DNA of 64,000 bases from Cyanophora paradoxa CCMP329 (Eukaryota; Plantae; Glaucophyta). The DNA lies in the NCBI GenBank assembly GCA_004431415.1, contig QPMI01000097.1:124001-188000 (forward strand). The letters run 5' to 3'. Below are positions 59,038 to 64,000 of the stretch, one piece after another; position 1 is the stretch's first letter; every line of letters starts with the position of its first letter. The translations under genes and the position numbers were made by a program. The notes beneath the pieces were generated by a model that made no database searches, was not told where the DNA came from, and was given only the letters and a program-made list of their open reading frames with translations.

Positions 59038-60015
59038 ATGAGCTTCGCGCCTTCGTCTTCGGTAAAGAAGCCGCCATTCGCGCCTTCATCGTCAACTGGT
59101 CTCAGCAAAGAGACCAGCGCTTTGCTGGAGGGTGCGCGGCGCATCTGCTAATCGGAGGGAGGGTGCGCGGCGCATCTGCTAATCAGGGGGTTTCGCTGCG
59201 CAGGGTTAGCTAAGCAGGCAGGAGTTCCAAAAGCGCACATGCGGCGCCTGGTCTCTGCAGTCTCCGCCACAGGGAGCCTACCTTCCCACCCGGTGAACGC
59301 CAGCCTTCGGGTAGGGCCGAGCAGGACGCGCAGCTGACGTCGAGCAGCTGCCGCCGTCGAGGATGGTACAGCCCGAGAACCCGTTCGGGACGCGGACGGT
59401 GTACTCGATGCGGCCGGAGCGGAAGAAGAGCGAGGCGACGATCAGGCGGGAGGCGGAGCCGCCGCCGGTTTACCGCCCGCGGCCGGCCAAGTACAACTCC
59501 GCGAAGGAGAAAGACCGCCTACAGTTCAAGAACGTGCGGCCCAGGGCTCGCGAGCCTCGGAGCATCGGCGTGACGGGCGGGGGCGCAGGAGTTCGGGCAG
59601 ACGCGGGAGGAGATGGCGGCGGCGGCGGCGGCCAACCCGCGCGTCTCGTCGGCGCCGGAGCCCGTGGACCGCTTCGACGAGGGTGCGCGGGGGCGGCGCG
59701 GAGGGCGCCCGTGCGCGCCCGAACGCGGCGGGGGCGCAGTGGTGATGGAGATCGAGGAGCGGGAGCGCTTCCTGGAGGAGATGCGCGGCATGGGCGCCGC
59801 GCACCAGTACGAGGCGACCATCAAGGTACGCCCCCGGCGGCCCCGCCCCTGGTCTGGATCGAAGGCGCCCGGCCTCACGGGGGCCCCAGGGCGAGGTGGC
59901 GGAGCTCGTGCGGGAGCTGCGCGCCATCGACGCCGCGCGCGGGGGCGACGGCGGGCCCCGCCCCGCGCCCCGCGCCCGCGCCCTGCCCCCCGGCGCCGGC
60001 TACGCGAGCTCCTAG
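59038..60015 (+). CDS. UPF0193 (EVG1 / C22orf23-like) protein
   Basis: SKETSALL, EKDRLQ, DRFDEVVMEIEERERFLEEMRGMG..YEATIKGEVAELVRELRAID. Confidence 0.75.
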
Positions 60016-60085
60016 CGGCCTGGTGGATGGAGGATGGAGCAGTACACTCTGCGGGGCGGGGCGGGGGGCGAGGGCCGGGGGGCCC

Positions 60086-62297
60086 TCACTTGGCGTCGAG
60101 GAGCTCGACGTCGAAGTGGAGGGTGGCGTTGGGCGGGATGTCGGGCGGCGCGCCCCGCGGGCCGTACGCCAGGTTCGCGGGGATCACCAGCTTCCGCTTG
60201 CCCCCGACCTGCATCGACGAGACGCCGATGTCCCAGCCCTTGATCACCTCCCCGATCCCTGCCCGGCGCGTGTCGGCGGGGGCGCGCGGGCGTGGCGGAA
60301 CGGGGCGGGGCGGGGCGGCGGCGGGGGGTTGCCTCACCGAGGCGGAAGGAGAAGGGCGACTTGCCGAGGGACGAGTCGAAGATCTTCCCGTTGGGGAGGC
60401 GCCCCGTGTAGTGCACCGTCACCTTCTTCCCCGGCTGCGGCTTCTGCTCCCCGCCCCCGCGTCTCAGCGCCCCCCGCCGCCGCCGCCGGGGCGGCCGCCG
60501 GCGCGGACCTTGCCGGTCCCGGGCTTGACGTCTTCGGGCGGCCGGGCGAGCGACGCGTCAGAACGTCGTGGCTTTGCGAGCGGCGAATCAAGGAGAAGTA
60601 CCCTCGAAGCTGAGGCCCGACGGGTGCTTGACAGGCCTGTGCCAGCCCAGCAGAGCCGGGTGAGTGAGAATGCAGAGGGGCACAAGGCGGCCCCCTCCCC
60701 CCGCGCCCCGCCCCGGCATCGGAAATGAACGGCTCGGAACTCAATTAAACACATCACTGTAGGTTCGTTGCTAGAGCTAGGGCGAGGAGTGGAGCGGTGG
60801 GACTGGAGCTAGAGCTAGCGTCTAGGTCCGGCGCCCGTGGGCCGCTTCACTTCTTCTTGGGCTGGCCCTGGGGCTTCCCCTGCCCGCCCTGGGGCTTCCC
60901 GGACTGGCCCCCCTTCCTGCACGGGCCCCCGGGCAACGTTAGCGCCCGCTAGAAACCCTAGAAGATGGGGGGACGCACCCGCCCTGGGGCTTCTGTCCGC
61001 TGCCGGGCGACGCCGGCTTGCCTGCCTGGCCCGCGTTGGCGGGCGTGCCCGGCTTCTGCTGCTGCTGCTTGTTGCCGGGCGTCTGCGGCTTCTGCTGCTG
61101 CTGGCCGGCGGGCGTCTGCGGCTTCTGCGGCGGCTGCTGGCCCTTCTGGCCGGCGGGCGTCTGCGGCTTCTGCTGCTGCTGGCCCTTACCCTGATCCTTG
61201 CCGGGCGTCTGCGGCTTCTGGCCCTGCTCGACCTTCTGCTTCTTCTCCGGCTGCTGCTGCTGGGGCTTCTTGGCTTCCTGCGGCCGCTTGTCGCCCGGCT
61301 TGGCGCCCTTCGGCGGCGCCGGCTCGTCCTCATCGTCCTCGTCATCGTCCTCGTCGTCGCCCTGCCCGCGCATGTCAAGAGGGGCGCGCGCTCGGGCGAT
61401 TCCGCGCTAAGCACCTCGCTGCCGTCGTCCATCATGTCGCCGTCGTCGTCGTCTGCTTTCGATTCAGGTCGGATTGAAAGAAAGAAAAGGAGAGCGCCGA
61501 ACCAGAGTCGCCCTCGCTGTCGCCGCCCTTGCCGGCCATCAACTTTGCGAGCATCGCTTTGGAGATCGCTGCAGGCTCATTCGATCACGTGTAACGATGA
61601 AAAAGAGTAATGCATGGCACGTACGCTGGCCCTTGCCGCCCATCGGAGGCCGCATGATGCCGCCCTCCTCATCGTCCGACTCGCTGCAAGTATGCGTGAG
61701 CGTCGCGATCGGCGGCCACCGTAAGCCGCAACGACGAACCCTTCCTCATCAGACATGTCCTCGTCGTCCATAGCCATGCCCTCCGGGACGTAGTAGCCGA
61801 GGAGGCTGACGGGGGCCGAGCCCTGGGCGGTGAAAGAGCACTCCACATCGGCGGTCAGAATGATGTCAAGCTGTGCATGCGGACGATTAGAAGCGCTCGA
61901 AACGAACGTCGGCAACATCCGATCGAAAATCGCGAGCGCACCGCTGCTTGGTCGGTCTTGCCGCTGACGAGTGTGCAGATCGTGTGCTTCTGGTCGCCGA
62001 CAGTGACGAGAAGGGCAACCTTCTGGTTGTCGCCCTTCGCGCCAGCCGCGATCGCGGCCTGCGTTACGTGGAAAGTGCTGGTGGGTTCGGGAAGCGCGAG
62101 GGAATCGCGGGCGGCGCGACACGTACATTCGACAGATGCAGATTCTGGGCGGGTGTGACCTTCTCGGTCTGCCCAGCCTTGAGTTCCAGGCCTGCGTACG
62201 TACGCCAGGCGGGCGATCCCGAGCGCGTCAGCCAAGCGGGCTTTGCGCAGGATGCCGCGAGCGAAAGGAGCGCGAGGTGATGCTCACCCCAGAACAT
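60086..62297 (-). CDS. Nucleoplasmin-like FKBP (FPR3/FPR4/FKBP53 type)
   Basis: NPL domain MFWGLELK..LHLSN..ICTL..VSLLGY; acidic tract; QQQKPQTP repeats; FKBP domain [43 protein letters not shown]. Confidence 0.93.
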
Positions 62298-62506
62298 CTT
62301 TGTGAACGAAGAGGGGCTCAAGCACAGAACCGGCTTTGGAACGAGCCGAACTGTACCCCCGATCCAGATCGCCTGTACCCGGACCGGCTGTCTTTCACAG
62401 TATTTGCAAGGCTGCTGCGCCAGCTGCAGCGCGCCGCCCACGCGGTAGCGCCGCTCTAAGCGGTAGCAGTGATCCAGGAGGTCGAGCGAGCGAGGAACGC
62501 TTCGCG

Positions 62507-64000
62507 ATGCCGGACCTGAGCGCCAAGGCGAAGAAGGGGAGCGCCGACTTCAAGGTACTCGGAATCTGCGAGCTTGTGCGCTCCGCTGAAGCGCCCGCAG
62601 AAAAGCAAGATCAAGATCGGCCGCAAGCTAGCCAAGCCCGCGAACCAGACATCGACAGACTTCAAGAGCAAGAGTACGCGCGATCGCCGGCGCGAGCAGC
62701 GCCAGCGGCCGCGCACGCGCGACTGAGGGCCGGCCTGCGCCAGGACTCCAGATCCTCAACCAGAGCGTGACCGAGGACAAGGGCAGCTTCGTGAACCAGC
62801 GCAAGCTCAATCTCGCGGATCTGCTCTCGCAGTCGAAGCACTACAGCCCGAACGTCCGCCGCGGTGCGCCGGCCGAGGAGAGCGCCGGCTGCGGGGGGGC
62901 GAGGGCCGAGGGCGGGGCGGGCAGATGCGCTGTTCGGGCTGAAGGACCTGCTGGAGCGGCACCCGGGGGCGATGGCGGGGCACGTGGGGGCGGTGCTGGA
63001 GGCGCTGTGCGAGCGGGTGGCGGACCCCGAGGCGAGCGTGCGGCACGCCCTCCGCGTCGCCTTCGCCCACGTCGCCGGCCTCCTCGACGAGGTCCGCCCC
63101 GCCCCGCCCCGTCCCGCCCGCCCCGCGCTCGCTCGCCGGGGCGGGGCCGAGGCGGGGCGCGCAGGCGCAGGTCGGCCCCTTCGCGGGGCTGCTCGTGGTG
63201 CACCTGTGCAGCGGGATGACGCACATCGCCGAGCGCGTGCGCCTCGACGCGCTGCCCCTCCTCGACACCCTCGTCGACCGCTTCCCCGCCGCCCTCGCCC
63301 CGCACGCCCCAAGGTCCGCCCCGCCCGCCCGCCCCGCCGGGAGCGGGGCTGAGGCGGGGCGGGCAGCTGCTGCCGAACTACGCGCACATCCTCGCCAACC
63401 GCTCCCGCCCGTCGCCTCCAGCGCCGCCCCGCCTCCTCCACCGGCCAGGGCCCCGCCGCCCCCGCCTCCGCGTGCGCCCGCGCCGGCGCCGGCCCCGGGG
63501 CGCGTGCGGCGGGCGCCGGGCGCTCACGGCGGCGCAGGCGCGCCGCGACGGTCCTCAAGAGCCTTCACGCCTTCGCCCTCCGCATCCTCGCCCCCAGGGC
63601 CAGCCGCCCGCCCCGCCGGCCCCGCCGCCCCGGGAGCCGGCGCCCGGCCCGCAGGCCTCCACCTCCGCGGCGCTGCTGGCCGCGAGTGGCTCGCCCCGAG
63701 CGGCTGCCGCGTGTCGCTCGAGGCCCACCGCCGGCCCCGCCGCCCGGCGCCCCAGATGCCGCCCTCCCGCCCTTTCGCGCCTCGCCGCGGGGCCGGGGCC
63801 GGGTGGGGCGGGGCGGGGCGGGGCCGGGCCGGGCGGCGGGGAGCGGCTGGTGGGGCTCCTGGTGGAGGTGGCGGGGAGGCGGTGGCGGAGGAGGCGGGGC
63901 GCCCTCGGGGGACGCCCTCGCCGCCCTCCGCGCCGCCGCCGACGTCCTCGCCCTCCTCCTCGCCTCCCCGCCGCCGGCCCGGCCGCCGCCGCCGCCTGCG
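62507..64000 (+). CDS. TEX10: TEX10 / IPI1 pre-rRNA processing protein, 5' part
   Basis: ADFKKSKIKIGRKLAKPANQTSTDFKSK, ILNQSV, LLSQSKHYSPNVRRDALFGLKDLL, HLCSGMTHIAERVRLDAL. Confidence 0.9.

Noticed and set aside
1-64000. Alternative genetic code or autonomous transposon
   Set aside because: TAA, TAG and TGA all end genes, no in-frame stops were seen in conserved exons, and no transposase or reverse-transcriptase motifs were recognised.

Overview
Very GC-rich, gene-dense eukaryotic nuclear DNA with about 27 genes, most split by many 45-75 nt introns. The long Arg/Pro/Gly/Ala ORFs in the supplied track are therefore largely artefacts, and the models below were spliced by hand with approximate internal boundaries. 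Three genes carry plastid transit peptides with an N-terminal Phe (MAF.., MVAF.., MPTAF..). With the base composition, this suggests a primary-plastid alga such as a glaucophyte (inference only). Recognisable genes: ACBP-domain protein, mitochondrial-type Rps2, NOL10, TMEM62-like, COG7, cyclophilin, beta-ureidopropionase, SWI3/SMARCC, CCB2-like, PRMT7-like, MFS transporter, plastid IF-1, alkaline ceramidase, NOL9, DUF2232, hybrid histidine kinase, epsilon-COP, METTL21-family methyltransferase, UPF0193, nucleoplasmin-FKBP and TEX10/IPI1. Most notable: (1) an unusual splicing code, with very frequent GC-AG introns, a G(T/C)NCG donor consensus, nearly A-free introns and C-rich/G-rich self-complementary halves; (2) a protein with four tandem AGTRAP-like membrane modules fused to a GAR microtubule-binding domain; (3) a KIX-like/F-box/LRR fusion; (4) a perfect 32-bp hairpin abutting a gene fragment; (5) palindrome-rich, lower-GC repeat islands between convergent genes.
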